A DNA stretch of 64,000 nucleotides from an uncultured bacterium (GCA_963826535.1 CAWGXL010000010.1:362814-426813); one strand, 5' to 3'; shown: positions 47,736 to 58,321, counted from the first letter of the stretch. Notes: a model not told the origin generated them from the sequence alone. Numbers and translations are program-made.

Positions 47736-48899
47736 TTATTCTGCTTTTACTATACCGTCTATAGGTAAGATTTCGAACCATAATTTTCCTCGATTAAATT
47801 TAACTTCATTTCCGCTTGCGTCATTTATAATAGTTCTATCTTCCCTTCCTGCTTTCTTCCATGTCCCAGTGATTTGTTTCCCGTCTATGAAAATTAAAGC
47901 TTTACCGGTGCCTTTTGTTCCATAAAGTAAATGCGCGTTGTTTTCATAACCGTCATTAGCATGCCTTTCAGTCATAAATAGAACTATCACATTGCTTGCA
48001 GTTAGCTGTTTTTTTGTATTTTGGTCTAAATGTGGTTTCCCCCCATTATTTCTCATATATAGATTATTTTTCGCATCAAATTCCCAATCTACAAAATATG
48101 ATTCATCTTCCCAAAATTCTATATGAATAGATTGAGTACCTGAACTTGCAGCTTTATCTTTAAATGAATATTCTACAAAACTTGTATCCCATGCATCTCC
48201 TTCTTTACTTACATTTGTAAGTCTGCGTTTTTCCCCAACCGCCCATAACTTGCTCGTGCTTGAATACATCGTATGTTCGGTCGCGACATCATGACCTGTT
48301 CTTGTTTGATCACGCCAAAAAGTAGGATAACCTATAGAGAATTGATTCAAGTCATTGTACACAGCCCATCCGTAATCTTCTATTTGTCCTAAAGCATTTG
48401 CAGGGCCGGGTGAATTTGCTCCGCCTACATGCGCGTATAATGGATAATCACCGTATTCTGAGACGAAATCCAGAAAATAAGTTCTGGCAGAACGAACAGG
48501 CCCCACAATACCGGCATCTTGACAATAATAAACATTTAAATACCTGGTTATTCCTCCTTCTGCGATAGCTTCATAAGTCACATCGGAGAATGAAATTCCC
48601 GATTGAGGACGTGATTCCTGATGGTTTTCTATCATTATTCCAAGCGGCCGGTGTTGTTCCCACCAAGCCTGTTGTTGTTTGCTATATAATTCACCACTTA
48701 GTGGACATTCTTCCGTTTTTGGTTGGTTTTGGTCAAATGTAATTGCTTGATAATCATTGTCTGCATTTTCTGAACTTGGAACCTGTGATGCTGTAGGCGC
48801 AGTTGAGATAGCTTTAGTTGCAAATAAACTATATGAAATACCTGTTGAGATAAGATAAACGAAAAAAGCTAGAATAACACTAATTGTTTTTTTGGACAT
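47736..48899 (-). CDS. DUF3048 (YerB-like) secreted protein
   Basis: Signal peptide; IENHQESRPQSGISFSDVTYEAIAEGGITRYL and GPVRSARTYF match the DUF3048 N-domain. Confidence 0.65.
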   Translation of the reverse strand: MSKKTISVILAFFVYLISTGISYSLFATKAISTAPTASQVPSSENADNDYQAITFDQNQPKTEECPLSGELYSKQQQAWWEQHRPLGIMIENHQESRPQSGISFSDVTYEAIAEGGITRYLNVYYCQDAGIVGPVRSARTYFLDFVSEYGDYPLYAHVGGANSPGPANALGQIEDYGWAVYNDLNQFSIGYPTFWRDQTRTGHDVATEHTMYSSTSKLWAVGEKRRLTNVSKEGDAWDTSFVEYSFKDKAASSGTQSIHIEFWEDESYFVDWEFDAKNNLYMRNNGGKPHLDQNTKKQLTASNVIVLFMTERHANDGYENNAHLLYGTKGTGKALIFIDGKQITGTWKKAGREDRTIINDASGNEVKFNRGKLWFEILPIDGIVKAE

Positions 48900-48903
48900 A
48901 TCT

Positions 48904-49359
48904 TTAGCTTCCCCCTTCTTTCAATGCTTTTTTCTCTTCTACCGAAAGTTCGTGATCAACTCCTTTTCCTTCTATAATTTTTTTTACATACCAACGTAAT
49001 CCTGATCTTGAATAAAGTCCTGTAATCACCACCCCTGTATCATTTGCATCTCGTAAAGTTAAAATAAAACTCTGATCTCCACCTGTATCTTTAAAGGGAT
49101 TGAAACGAAGTAAACCGACTTTTTGAATGTGAAATTTTTCATTCTCTTCAATTGTATCACAACGGAAAATTAATTGGGAAATATTTTTTTTTGCCAGATT
49201 AACATCTTTTGTAAGGTTTTCCAGTACGAATTGAAGATTCTTCTTATCCACTCCTTGTGTTAATAACCGATAGTGCTGCATTAATCTCCACAAGTAAAAT
49301 GTTACTATACCAAGCCAAACAATTACTATTATTATTAATACCTCTCCCATAACACCCAT
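48904..49359 (-). CDS. DUF4446 family membrane-anchored protein
   Basis: N-terminal TM; RFNPFKDTGGDQSF...VVITGLYSRSG...LSVEEKKAL resembles DUF4446. Confidence 0.55.
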   Translation of the reverse strand: MGVMGEVLIIIVIVWLGIVTFYLWRLMQHYRLLTQGVDKKNLQFVLENLTKDVNLAKKNISQLIFRCDTIEENEKFHIQKVGLLRFNPFKDTGGDQSFILTLRDANDTGVVITGLYSRSGLRWYVKKIIEGKGVDHELSVEEKKALKEGGS

Positions 49360-49416
49360 AAAGCAATATTAGCCTCTTGACATGCTTAGTGTCAATAGTG
49401 TAATCTAGGCACATTC

Positions 49417-49725
49417 ATGCCTAAGAAGAAAAAAACGCGTAAACAAAAAATTATTTCCGATAAAAGACATAAAGACTATTCCGCATTTACACCGCCTCCA
49501 CAGGCTAATCCATCCACTACGAGCTCCCCCGATAGACTCGGGGTTCAATCTGTACAAACTGAACGATCACAAACTATTCATAAACCTCAACATATCAGTG
49601 GACAACTTATAACCACTGCACATTATTCATACTTATATTCTGATTTACGTAAAACTTTTTTCCTGACTTGCTCAATAATTATTGCAGAATTATTACTTGG
49701 ATATATATTTTTTGGCGCTCAATAA
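49417..49725 (+). CDS. Hypothetical protein, basic N-terminus, C-terminal TM
   Basis: ORF only; no SD; weak. Confidence 0.3.
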   Translation: MPKKKKTRKQKIISDKRHKDYSAFTPPPQANPSTTSSPDRLGVQSVQTERSQTIHKPQHISGQLITTAHYSYLYSDLRKTFFLTCSIIIAELLLGYIFFGAQ

Positions 49726-49753
49726 TAAAGGCGTGAAAGGAGGTGATTAGTAT

Positions 49754-49897
49754 ATGGCATCAATGTATTGTGTTAAGTGTAGACAAAAAAGAGATGTTGA
49801 TAATCCGGAAAAAGTAACCATGAAAAATGGTAAACCGGCGCTCAAAGCAAAATGTCCAGTTTGTGGTACAGGAATGTACAAGATTGGAGCAAAGTAA
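49754..49897 (+). CDS. Small zinc-ribbon protein (DUF5679-like, 47 aa; CxxC...CxxC); not in the supplied ORF track
   Basis: Perfect SD AAGGAGGTGA 7 nt upstream; MASMYCVKCRQKRDV...VTMKNGKPALKAKCPVCGTGMYKIGAK; followed by a strong terminator. Confidence 0.7.
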   Translation: MASMYCVKCRQKRDVDNPEKVTMKNGKPALKAKCPVCGTGMYKIGAK

Positions 49898-49923
49898 TAT
49901 TTTTTAGGAGCATCGTGAAAATC

Positions 49924-49946
49924 CCCCGCTCAGCGGGGGGTTTTTC
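49924..49946 (+). terminator. Rho-independent terminator
   Basis: CCCCCGC-tca-GCGGGGG followed by TTTTT. Confidence 0.85.
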
Positions 49947-50086
49947 GTAAACGGGGCTCACATTTGAGTACAGTGCAAGGAAGGTTCGAGGAGCGGAGTA
50001 AGGCGTACTAAAATGTACGCTGTCGAGCACCACAGATACTGACGCAGCAATGTGCCAAATGCGAGACTCGTGCTTGACAATATATT

Positions 50087-51751
50087 TTGGCAAGTGAAAC
50101 AATATATATAATGCTCTCATCAATAGCGTCATATATTCTTAGTATACAAAAGTTTTTTGGTGGATCAATTGGGTCATATGACAAATTTTTTGAGGATGCC
50201 GAAGATTATCTTTCAAAAAGTATTACAAATGGAAAAGTATTTTATGATCTGGGAGAATTCCAAAAAAAGATATTTATACTAGGCATAAAGTTTATAGTTC
50301 GTCAATATAAATCTCCCTCAGTACAGGCTAAAGTTTTTCAAATTGATAATCTGGTTAATCTAATTAAAAAAATTCCAATAATTGATAAGCTTTGTAGTTT
50401 GTTTGTCGATATACATAAACATTACTTAAAATTCTCGAAATATTTTTTGCTTTTTCTTTTTTTTGGAATATTTCCAATAGTCATTACATTGTTGCAAATA
50501 CTTAATGCCTCACCGGCTCAATTTTTTATATTTTTTATACCTATATTTCTTATCCTTTTATTTCTCGAATCAGGATTGTTTATTTTTATTGAAAAACATG
50601 AGAATGATGATAACATTTCCTTAGCACGTAGCTTTCTACTTGCCTTAGAAAATTTTGAGTCTGTAATCCTAATCTTCTTATTTTATATTCTACTCTGTGG
50701 TACTCTGCTACTTTCTTTAGCTTCTCTTCTTTCATTATCTACTCAAATTATTACCATGCTGGAAGGTAATACTATTCTTTTGTTTATTTATTTACTAATT
50801 ATTTTATTTCTTTGTATTTCGATTTTATTTTTCTGTATATATTTGAGCATTTTAGTTTATCAGGCATATTTTATTGCGCTTTTAGAAAAAAAGAATTCTA
50901 TACAGTCTCTGGTCCGTAGCGGATTTTCCATGCGTAAGAATATTCTGGATATCACTATTTTTTCTGTAGTCTTTTATTTAAGCACATTACTTCTTGCTTT
51001 CTTCGCCTTTATATATTTATCTGATATTGCACTACAATTTATAATTACTTTAATTTTACATTCCCAGTTCTTATTTACTTACAGTATCCGAAAAAAATTA
51101 TTGATTCCTCGTCTGGACACGAAAGAATTGCCTCATCAGCGTCCTTTGTCACTATTTTTCATCTTTTTCCTTTTCGTAGGCATCATTGGTTGTATAGCTT
51201 TTGCGTCACAGATTCTGCGTTATTATCCGTCAGTTTCGGATTTATATGCAGCTTGGCAATATGATCGTGAACTTGAGCGGGAATTCAAGCCTTATATTAA
51301 TAGTAATAACAATTATTCAATTTTATATCCAAAAAACTGGAATGTTCATAACTGGAATAATAATTCGGTAACGATCCACCATAATGTAAATAATACCTCA
51401 TCAGGAAGAATATCGGTCAATATTTCTGTTTTATCAGTTTCTGAAACTAATTATTTTCGACTTGACTCTGTAAAACCAGGTACTGTTATTTTTGACAAGG
51501 TTACAACTGAAAATACCATAAAGCTTTCTAACTTGTTATTAGGTGGACATGATGCTATTAAATATTCGGTTATCATACCTTTTCCTGACTTTACCGAGTA
51601 TCAGATAAATTATTTAGTATTAAATGGAGATAAAGTCTTCAAAATTAGCTTTGTTTCCGTAGATAGTGTATTTCAACAAACATACACGAAGATTTTTGAA
51701 ACGATGATTAACTCTTTCCGTTTTACTAAACTAAATGATACAATAAACTAA
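50087..51751 (+). CDS. Polytopic membrane protein with C-terminal extracytoplasmic domain, unknown
   Basis: About 10 TM helices followed by an about 180-aa Asn/Ser-rich soluble domain. Confidence 0.45.
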   Translation: MASETIYIMLSSIASYILSIQKFFGGSIGSYDKFFEDAEDYLSKSITNGKVFYDLGEFQKKIFILGIKFIVRQYKSPSVQAKVFQIDNLVNLIKKIPIIDKLCSLFVDIHKHYLKFSKYFLLFLFFGIFPIVITLLQILNASPAQFFIFFIPIFLILLFLESGLFIFIEKHENDDNISLARSFLLALENFESVILIFLFYILLCGTLLLSLASLLSLSTQIITMLEGNTILLFIYLLIILFLCISILFFCIYLSILVYQAYFIALLEKKNSIQSLVRSGFSMRKNILDITIFSVVFYLSTLLLAFFAFIYLSDIALQFIITLILHSQFLFTYSIRKKLLIPRLDTKELPHQRPLSLFFIFFLFVGIIGCIAFASQILRYYPSVSDLYAAWQYDRELEREFKPYINSNNNYSILYPKNWNVHNWNNNSVTIHHNVNNTSSGRISVNISVLSVSETNYFRLDSVKPGTVIFDKVTTENTIKLSNLLLGGHDAIKYSVIIPFPDFTEYQINYLVLNGDKVFKISFVSVDSVFQQTYTKIFETMINSFRFTKLNDTIN

Positions 51752-52740
51752 TGAATATCCAATCCGTAGTTCATAAAGATCTCTCGTTCGTAAACGTCAT
51801 GAATCCGGAAGAATTAGAGATTAAATACCTGATCAAAAACTTTGGGTTTGACTCTTTGCATTTAGATGATTACATTAATCGTACACAGGCGCCAAAAATC
51901 GAAACGCTCAAACATTATAGCTTGTTCGTTTTGGATATACCTATTTTTCATGTTTCCTCTAAACAGGAACGAGACAAAAAAACTCGTATCGAAAATCTTC
52001 TTTCCCTACCGCAGTTTTTACACTCTGAAAAAAAACCAAGAATTCACACTTGTCATTTAGATATCTTTATTGGAAATAATTATGTTGTCGTCCTGCACGA
52101 TGGAAGATTACCTGTAATTCAGGATATTTTTGCCTCGTGCCAGGGAAGCCTTTCCAATAGAAATAAATACATGAATCAAGGTCCGGTATTTCTTGCCTAC
52201 AGTATTATAGATGCGCTTGTTGATAGTTGTTTTCCTGTACTGAACGAACTTTATGCTGTGATTGATCGCATTGATAAAGAAATTGATTCAGGCAGAACTG
52301 AAACAACACTTGAGCAGATTTCCCTGACTCGCCGGAATATTGTTGTATTCCATACAATGATTAAACCTATCCTTCCTCTTTTCCGGCAACTTGAAGAAGG
52401 CAAGATCAAAGAGCTTAATGGGAATATGCAATTATTTTGGAGCAACATTTTAGACCATCTGCAGAAAATCTGGGACCGCTTGGAAGACAGCCGTGAATTG
52501 ATTGAGGGTATCTCTGAAAGCCATGAATCTTACCTCACACAAAAAACCAATAATATCATCAAAGTTCTGACTATATTCTCGGCAATTATCCTGCCTCTCA
52601 ATTTATTTGCAAGTCTTTTTGGAATGAATCTTACACTTCCTATAGTGGATAGTGATCACTCGTTCTGGATCATTTCATTACTGATGTTTATTATCGGTCT
52701 CGCTATGTTTATGATATTTAGGATCAAACGATGGTATTAA
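51751..52740 (+). CDS. corA: CorA-family Mg2+/Co2+ transporter
   Basis: C-terminal two TM with GMN motif (LFGMNLTLP). Confidence 0.8.
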   Translation: MNIQSVVHKDLSFVNVMNPEELEIKYLIKNFGFDSLHLDDYINRTQAPKIETLKHYSLFVLDIPIFHVSSKQERDKKTRIENLLSLPQFLHSEKKPRIHTCHLDIFIGNNYVVVLHDGRLPVIQDIFASCQGSLSNRNKYMNQGPVFLAYSIIDALVDSCFPVLNELYAVIDRIDKEIDSGRTETTLEQISLTRRNIVVFHTMIKPILPLFRQLEEGKIKELNGNMQLFWSNILDHLQKIWDRLEDSRELIEGISESHESYLTQKTNNIIKVLTIFSAIILPLNLFASLFGMNLTLPIVDSDHSFWIISLLMFIIGLAMFMIFRIKRWY

Positions 52741-52749
52741 TCTAGCTAA

Positions 52750-54072
52750 TTATAATTTAGAACTTAATAAACCTGGAAATTTATCCTTTATCTCAAGTAT
52801 CAACTCACCAAATAATGAATTTGCCCAGGCAAACCAATGTCTACTAAATTTGTGCGGGTCATCAACATGAACACTTTCATGAATAAAATATGTCCCTGCA
52901 TGTGTATTCTTCAATATTCGCAGACATGAAATTATTTCCTCCGTATCGTTTGAAGTAAGCGCTTGCATTATTGTTGCCATCGGCCAAAAATGATCACAGA
53001 CCCCCACATGTGGTGATGTAATCCCGGATGCAACGGAACCTTTTGTAAAAAAAGGATTCCATTCACTAAGCACCATTTTTCTGGTATTTTGATATACAGG
53101 ATTATCAATCGATGTATAACCCAAATAAGGCAAACTGATAAGACTTGGCATATTAGGATCGTCCATTATGCAGTTTGAACCGAATCCATCAACTTCATAT
53201 GCAAAAACTTGTCCTAATTCCTTATGATTAACAATGCCCCACTCCTTAATTCCGCTTTCTATTTTTTCAGCCAGTTTTGACGACATTTCTTCCGTCTCTA
53301 AAGCCGAAATGCTCATCAGTATTCTCGAAACAGCACGCAATCCAACCACAGCCATAGCATTAGCTGGAATTACAAAAGGATAAACAGTTTCATCATCCGA
53401 GGGCCTAAAAACACTGCGGCTCAAACCACAATGTTTCCCGGGATAGCCATACCCTTTTAGACGTACAGCTGGATGCAGATGCCCTGACTTCGTACGGAAA
53501 TGGTGCAACAAGTCCAGATTATCTTTATTCAAAGTATTTTGTTCAACAAAAATAGTCTTAATGATTTTGTTAACTGCATGCAACCAATTGCTATCAAAAG
53601 GAGACAGGTCATTTGTCTCTCTATAGTAGCCATCACACAAACGGAGAAAAGAACACAGACTATCTAACTCATATTTTTTTTCCCATATTCCATCCCGCTC
53701 GAATGCGTTTGCGTACGGATCACTCAAAATACAATTCACCTGCCTATATATTAATCCAAAAAATAATTTTTTTAGGTTTTTATCTTCATTAATAAAACGT
53801 AAATAAGGCCAAACCTGATTTGTCGAATCCCGAAGCCACATAGCCGGAATATCACCTGTAACAATAAAAGTATCAGATCTTCCGTATGAATCTTCACTAT
53901 AATATACCGTAGTATCCAATGTATTTGGTAAACATTGGATGAACATCCTTCTAATATCCTTATCCTCAATCTCTTCACTGGTTTTTTCGATTACCTGCTC
54001 AATGATCTCACTGCGGAATAACCGCTCTTCCAATTCTGGCCGCGACCGTAAATGTGAATAATTTTTTACCAT
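52750..54072 (-). CDS. Glycoside hydrolase family 125 (DUF1237) exo-alpha-1,6-mannosidase-like
   Basis: [12 protein letters not shown] motif and about 440-aa (alpha/alpha)6 size. Confidence 0.6.
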   Translation of the reverse strand: MVKNYSHLRSRPELEERLFRSEIIEQVIEKTSEEIEDKDIRRMFIQCLPNTLDTTVYYSEDSYGRSDTFIVTGDIPAMWLRDSTNQVWPYLRFINEDKNLKKLFFGLIYRQVNCILSDPYANAFERDGIWEKKYELDSLCSFLRLCDGYYRETNDLSPFDSNWLHAVNKIIKTIFVEQNTLNKDNLDLLHHFRTKSGHLHPAVRLKGYGYPGKHCGLSRSVFRPSDDETVYPFVIPANAMAVVGLRAVSRILMSISALETEEMSSKLAEKIESGIKEWGIVNHKELGQVFAYEVDGFGSNCIMDDPNMPSLISLPYLGYTSIDNPVYQNTRKMVLSEWNPFFTKGSVASGITSPHVGVCDHFWPMATIMQALTSNDTEEIISCLRILKNTHAGTYFIHESVHVDDPHKFSRHWFAWANSLFGELILEIKDKFPGLLSSKL

Positions 54073-54122
54073 TCCATTCTCAAGTATAGTACATTTATGA
54101 TAAAATATATAAATCTAATTTT

Positions 54123-55106
54123 ATGAAAAACGTAACAATCATTGGAGCAGGAGCCTGGGGAACTGCATTAGCTTATATATTTCGCGGAACTGGTCTCCGT
54201 ATATTAATTTGGAGCAAAAACCCATCCATTGTAGCTGACATTAACCAACACAAAAAAAACAAAAAATATACCGGCGATAATATTCTGACTGACATCAGAG
54301 CAACAACTAATCTAAGGACAAGTCTCTCAGATGCTGACGTGGTTATAAACGCTTTACCATCTTATGCAATAAGAGATGTATTTGAATCAGCCAAACAAAA
54401 CATAAAAGAAAACACAATTATAATAAATGCTTCCAAAGGCTTAGATACAAGCACTCATCAACTACCTTATCAAGTTTTTAGAGAAATTTTGCCTCCAAAA
54501 ATACATTACTTTTCACTTTCAGGCCCCGGTTTTGCGTCCGGAGTACTAAACGGTCACCCGACTACCATTAATATCGCGGGGAAAGATCATAATCTTATAA
54601 AAGAAATCAAAAGTCTAGCAAGAACTAACAATGTCTTTCTTTCTTATTCCAGCGATGTCATTGGTGTTGAATGGGGAGGAATTTACAAAAACATAGTAGC
54701 TATAGCTGCCGGTTTATCATCAGGTTTAGGCTACGGTGAGAATACAAACGCACTAGTATTCTCTGCGGGTTTCAAAGAAATGGTACAATCCGGTATAACC
54801 TTAGGAGGAAATCTCGAAACATTCTACGAACCATGTGGAGTAGGAGATCTTATGCTATCAACTTCTTCCATGAAAAGCCGCAATTACTCCTTTGGTTATT
54901 ATCTGACTCAGGAAAAAAAAATAGAAACTGTCTTCACCAAATTATCCGGAGTAGCAGAAGGCTATTACGCGCTTAAATCTATAGCTTACCTCAAAAATAA
55001 ACACGCGCTTACATTGCCTTTATCAATAATGTTGCACGAAATAATTTTTGCTAAAGCCGACCATAAAAATGCCTTTATGAAATTCCTGGAAACCCACTTT
55101 GAATAA
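54123..55106 (+). CDS. gpsA: Glycerol-3-phosphate dehydrogenase [NAD(P)+]
   Basis: VTIIGAGAWGTALA Rossmann motif; 327 aa. Confidence 0.85.
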   Translation: MKNVTIIGAGAWGTALAYIFRGTGLRILIWSKNPSIVADINQHKKNKKYTGDNILTDIRATTNLRTSLSDADVVINALPSYAIRDVFESAKQNIKENTIIINASKGLDTSTHQLPYQVFREILPPKIHYFSLSGPGFASGVLNGHPTTINIAGKDHNLIKEIKSLARTNNVFLSYSSDVIGVEWGGIYKNIVAIAAGLSSGLGYGENTNALVFSAGFKEMVQSGITLGGNLETFYEPCGVGDLMLSTSSMKSRNYSFGYYLTQEKKIETVFTKLSGVAEGYYALKSIAYLKNKHALTLPLSIMLHEIIFAKADHKNAFMKFLETHFE

Positions 55107-55971
55107 TATGCAGAAAAAGATTACCGTATCAGCTGTTCAAATGCATATAAAAACGAACGATATTAGTGCTAATTTGAATACTGCCGAAAAACTGGTAAAG
55201 AAAATTTTTCAAAATAATAAAACCGATTTAATAGTATTCCCCGAAATCTGTATCACAGGTCCTATTCGCAATAGACTCGATTTGGTACAAGATGAAAATT
55301 CCAATTCAATAATTTTTTTTCAAAAACTTGCCATACAATATAATACACACATTGTGTGCGGCTCGTTTACTAAAAAAATTAATGCTAACTTTTTCAATAC
55401 CTCATTACTCATAAATAACAAAGGTAAAATTATCCTTGAATATTACAAAAATAATCTCTGGCATACCGAAAGAGAATACTTAACACCCGGAAATAAAATT
55501 AATTGCGTTGTTACGCCAATTGGAACTATAGGAATAATAATTTGCTGGGATCTTAGTGTTCCTGAAACGAGCCGCGAGTTAGCCAAAAAAGGCGCTGATA
55601 TTATCTGTTGCCCGTCCTTCTGGACAGTAGATCGTACAGAAGTGCTCGAACGCCATAAGAGTGGAAACGAAAAAATCTTTGTAAATACACTTTGTCCTGC
55701 GAGAGCAATAGAGAACGAAGTATTATTTATATTTGCCAATGGTGCTGGAGTTACTAATTTTTCCCAAAAAAATAAATTTTCGCAAAGCAAATTAATCGGC
55801 CAATCTCAAATCTGTGCTCCTATTGTAGGTACAGCAACTAGAATAAATGACAATTCCGAAGGATCAATAACATATACATACAACACTCAAATCGCAGAAG
55901 ACGCAGAAAAAATATTCCAAATCCGCCGCGATTTACAAACTAGCTCGAACCAACCACAAAAGCCATTATGA
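55099..55971 (+). CDS. Carbon-nitrogen hydrolase (nitrilase superfamily)
   Basis: E-K-C triad context: VFPEICITG, KNNLW, ICWDLSVPE. Confidence 0.75.
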   Translation: MNNMQKKITVSAVQMHIKTNDISANLNTAEKLVKKIFQNNKTDLIVFPEICITGPIRNRLDLVQDENSNSIIFFQKLAIQYNTHIVCGSFTKKINANFFNTSLLINNKGKIILEYYKNNLWHTEREYLTPGNKINCVVTPIGTIGIIICWDLSVPETSRELAKKGADIICCPSFWTVDRTEVLERHKSGNEKIFVNTLCPARAIENEVLFIFANGAGVTNFSQKNKFSQSKLIGQSQICAPIVGTATRINDNSEGSITYTYNTQIAEDAEKIFQIRRDLQTSSNQPQKPL

Positions 55972-56695
55972 ACTTATTATCATTCATATAAACAAGTCTC
56001 CACTTTTTAAGATTCTGATCGCGAGCTTTCATAAGCAAATGACCTTTAAGTTTGACTCTTGGCTCACCCTTATAAGTTAATATTTCAATATCTTGCAAAG
56101 ACCCTCCATGCCAAATTCCTATGCCTATTGCCTTTGAAACCGCCTCTTTTCCTGTCCACCTTTTAGCTACTCCTTTTTGCACGCCTTTTATTTCCTTTAT
56201 CTCCTGTAGAGTTAATATTCTCTTAACGACATTAGGTTTATTTTTCACCAAATCAGCCATTCTGGAAGACTTTGTTGCGTCAATGCCAACAGCAATACTT
56301 TTTCCAGGACTAGCGTATGCTGCCACAGCCGCCACAAGATCATCCTCATGAGTAATACTAATAGAAATATTTGCAATTGAAATAACTGGCTGCTGAGTCT
56401 GAGAAGGTAAAATATTCATTTCTTTCCAAGGCAATTGTTTTTGTAAAGCTTCGCGCACTGCCAACTTTGCCGCATAGCGCCCCATAAGACTGGGCACTCT
56501 ATTTTTGCAATAAGCGATTTCCTCTACTGTAAAATACTTTTTATGAAAATCTTTTTGGCTACGAATTTGATTAGCCTCCCGTTCAAGCGACAAAATATAT
56601 ATACCGAGTCCGCGAAACAATGATTTATCTTTTCGAAGAACCTTAATAGCATGCTGCGATTGTTCTATAAGGTTTTTAAATTTATTTGTTTTCAT
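55940..56695 (-). CDS. 4'-phosphopantetheinyl transferase, AcpS family with internal tandem duplication
   Basis: Second half has GIDATK...WTGKEAVSKAIGIGI...DIEILTY (AcpS signature). First half has YFTVEEIAYCKNR...AAKLAVREAL (AcpS-like, GxD lost). Confidence 0.65.
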   Translation of the reverse strand: MKTNKFKNLIEQSQHAIKVLRKDKSLFRGLGIYILSLEREANQIRSQKDFHKKYFTVEEIAYCKNRVPSLMGRYAAKLAVREALQKQLPWKEMNILPSQTQQPVISIANISISITHEDDLVAAVAAYASPGKSIAVGIDATKSSRMADLVKNKPNVVKRILTLQEIKEIKGVQKGVAKRWTGKEAVSKAIGIGIWHGGSLQDIEILTYKGEPRVKLKGHLLMKARDQNLKKWRLVYMNDNKFIMAFVVGSS

Positions 56696-56801
56696 TCTTT
56701 CAAAGCTAGAAAGTAATTATATATAAGTCAACCTGCTTTTGAAAGTGACCGCTAAGTTATTGATATTTGCAGAGATTTTAGATAAAATATTTTAAGTCAG
56801 G

Positions 56802-56844
56802 TTTTATACTTTACACTTTATACTTAATACTTTATACTTAATAC
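56802..56844 (+). repeat. Three tandem 14-bp direct repeats (TTTATACTTAATAC x2 perfect, one degenerate) immediately upstream of the SD of the carrier-protein gene
   Basis: Seen directly; followed by GAGGAGGTGA. Confidence 0.7.
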
Positions 56845-56867
56845 TGAATTGAGGAGGTGATTAATTG

Positions 56868-57188
56868 ATGGATAACAAAACAAAAAATATAACAATCGAG
56901 GATCTTATTAAAAAATACATAATGGGTGGTGAAGAAGCTGTAAAGACAGCTATGACAGAAAACAAAGTCGCAGGTTCTGACGCTCTAACATTAAGCGATT
57001 TAAAAATGGACTCGCTTGATGTAGTACAGCTAGCCGTAAAAATTCAAGACGATTTAGGCATTAAGCTTTCTGATGATGAATTTGCCAAAATACCCCAGGG
57101 GAAAAACGAGCAAGGAGAAGTAACTTTTAAACCGGCTGATAAAGTAACCCTAGGCGATATTACGCAAATAATAAATTCAAAACTCTGA
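56868..57188 (+). CDS. Acyl-carrier-protein-like carrier protein with C-terminal extension
   Basis: LKMDSLDVVQLAVKIQDDLGIKLSDDEF matches the ACP phosphopantetheine-attachment helix (DSL with conserved Ser); divergent from the PPTase gene. Confidence 0.6.
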   Translation: MDNKTKNITIEDLIKKYIMGGEEAVKTAMTENKVAGSDALTLSDLKMDSLDVVQLAVKIQDDLGIKLSDDEFAKIPQGKNEQGEVTFKPADKVTLGDITQIINSKL

Positions 57189-57238
57189 ATTTATCTGGAA
57201 AATCATTTATTTCAAAAGCTGATTAATGAAGGGAAAAA

Positions 57239-57985
57239 TCAATTGGAATACTCTTTTTTTAATTGCCCAATTGACTTATCTCGTATATTATCCACGGTAG
57301 CAAGAACTTGCCTTAGTGCTTCGTCGTATGCATTTACATCTTTTGCTTTTACTTCTTCAAGCCCATCTTTATAAATCTTAAGAACTTTCATGAGATCCTC
57401 ACCCGAACCATCAAGTTCACTTAAATCGCCGGATTTTGCTGATTTCTTTATTGCATCCGCTCTGTCCTTAACCTCCTCTACAAAATTAAGCTTCGCAAAC
57501 ATACCCAAATCCTGTATGTAATTTGTTGCAGCCTCTTTCATCTCCTGCGCCCTACGATCAGCGGGTGATAAATCATTAGTTGAATGCCTTTTCCCGGAAT
57601 CGACCTGCTCCACCGCAGCGTTCTGAAATGCGACATTCTCTGCTAACACCTCTTTAGACTGAAAAACTACAAGTATAGACGAAGCAAGAAGTAAACTGGC
57701 CAATCTCATTTTCCTGGTATTACTTCCCGATTTAGCCGGTTTACTTAGAACTCCTCCAAGAGTACTTTTTTCATTCATAACCATACGTATGCTATCTTTT
57801 TTTGGGTCTTCATCCACGGCTTGAATAGCCAAAGTTAACATCCTGTCTGCCATCCGATCGAAATTACCTCTCGATTCATCTTGTGGATTTACAACTTCCA
57901 CTTTTGGACTTTTCAATTCTGGCCTACTTGCATCTAATGCCTTTACTTTTTTCTCAGTTGTTAACTTATCAACTCCTTCTTCCAT
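57239..57985 (-). CDS. Hypothetical membrane-anchored protein (GC-rich gene)
   Basis: Central TM; GC content well above the local average. Confidence 0.4.
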   Translation of the reverse strand: MEEGVDKLTTEKKVKALDASRPELKSPKVEVVNPQDESRGNFDRMADRMLTLAIQAVDEDPKKDSIRMVMNEKSTLGGVLSKPAKSGSNTRKMRLASLLLASSILVVFQSKEVLAENVAFQNAAVEQVDSGKRHSTNDLSPADRRAQEMKEAATNYIQDLGMFAKLNFVEEVKDRADAIKKSAKSGDLSELDGSGEDLMKVLKIYKDGLEEVKAKDVNAYDEALRQVLATVDNIRDKSIGQLKKEYSN

Positions 57986-58027
57986 ATGTAATTAAGAATT
58001 ATTATTTAATACCTTTTCAGCCCATTC

Positions 58028-58321
58028 TCATCCTTGCTGCCTGGCATCAAACAACTCAAGATATTCAACCTCTTCTTCAACAAGAATTTTCCATGCAGTC
58101 TGATCACTTTTCGCTAATGCCGCTTCTTTCCTCCGGCTGAACTCTGTATAACGTCTGACCTCTTCGGGAAAATCCGCAAAGAACTCGAGCAATGTTTCCT
58201 GTATTTCCTTAGGCGCACGACTAAATCGCTCCCGCCAAAACACGCGATCTTCCTCCAATGCCCCGCTCCACTCCAATAGAATATTCAACCGTTTCAAAAT
58301 ATCTCCCTGATCCATATACAA
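58028..58321 (-). CDS. Hypothetical protein (97 aa, GC-rich gene)
   Basis: ORF only. Confidence 0.4.
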   Translation of the reverse strand: MYMDQGDILKRLNILLEWSGALEEDRVFWRERFSRAPKEIQETLLEFFADFPEEVRRYTEFSRRKEAALAKSDQTAWKILVEEEVEYLELFDARQQG

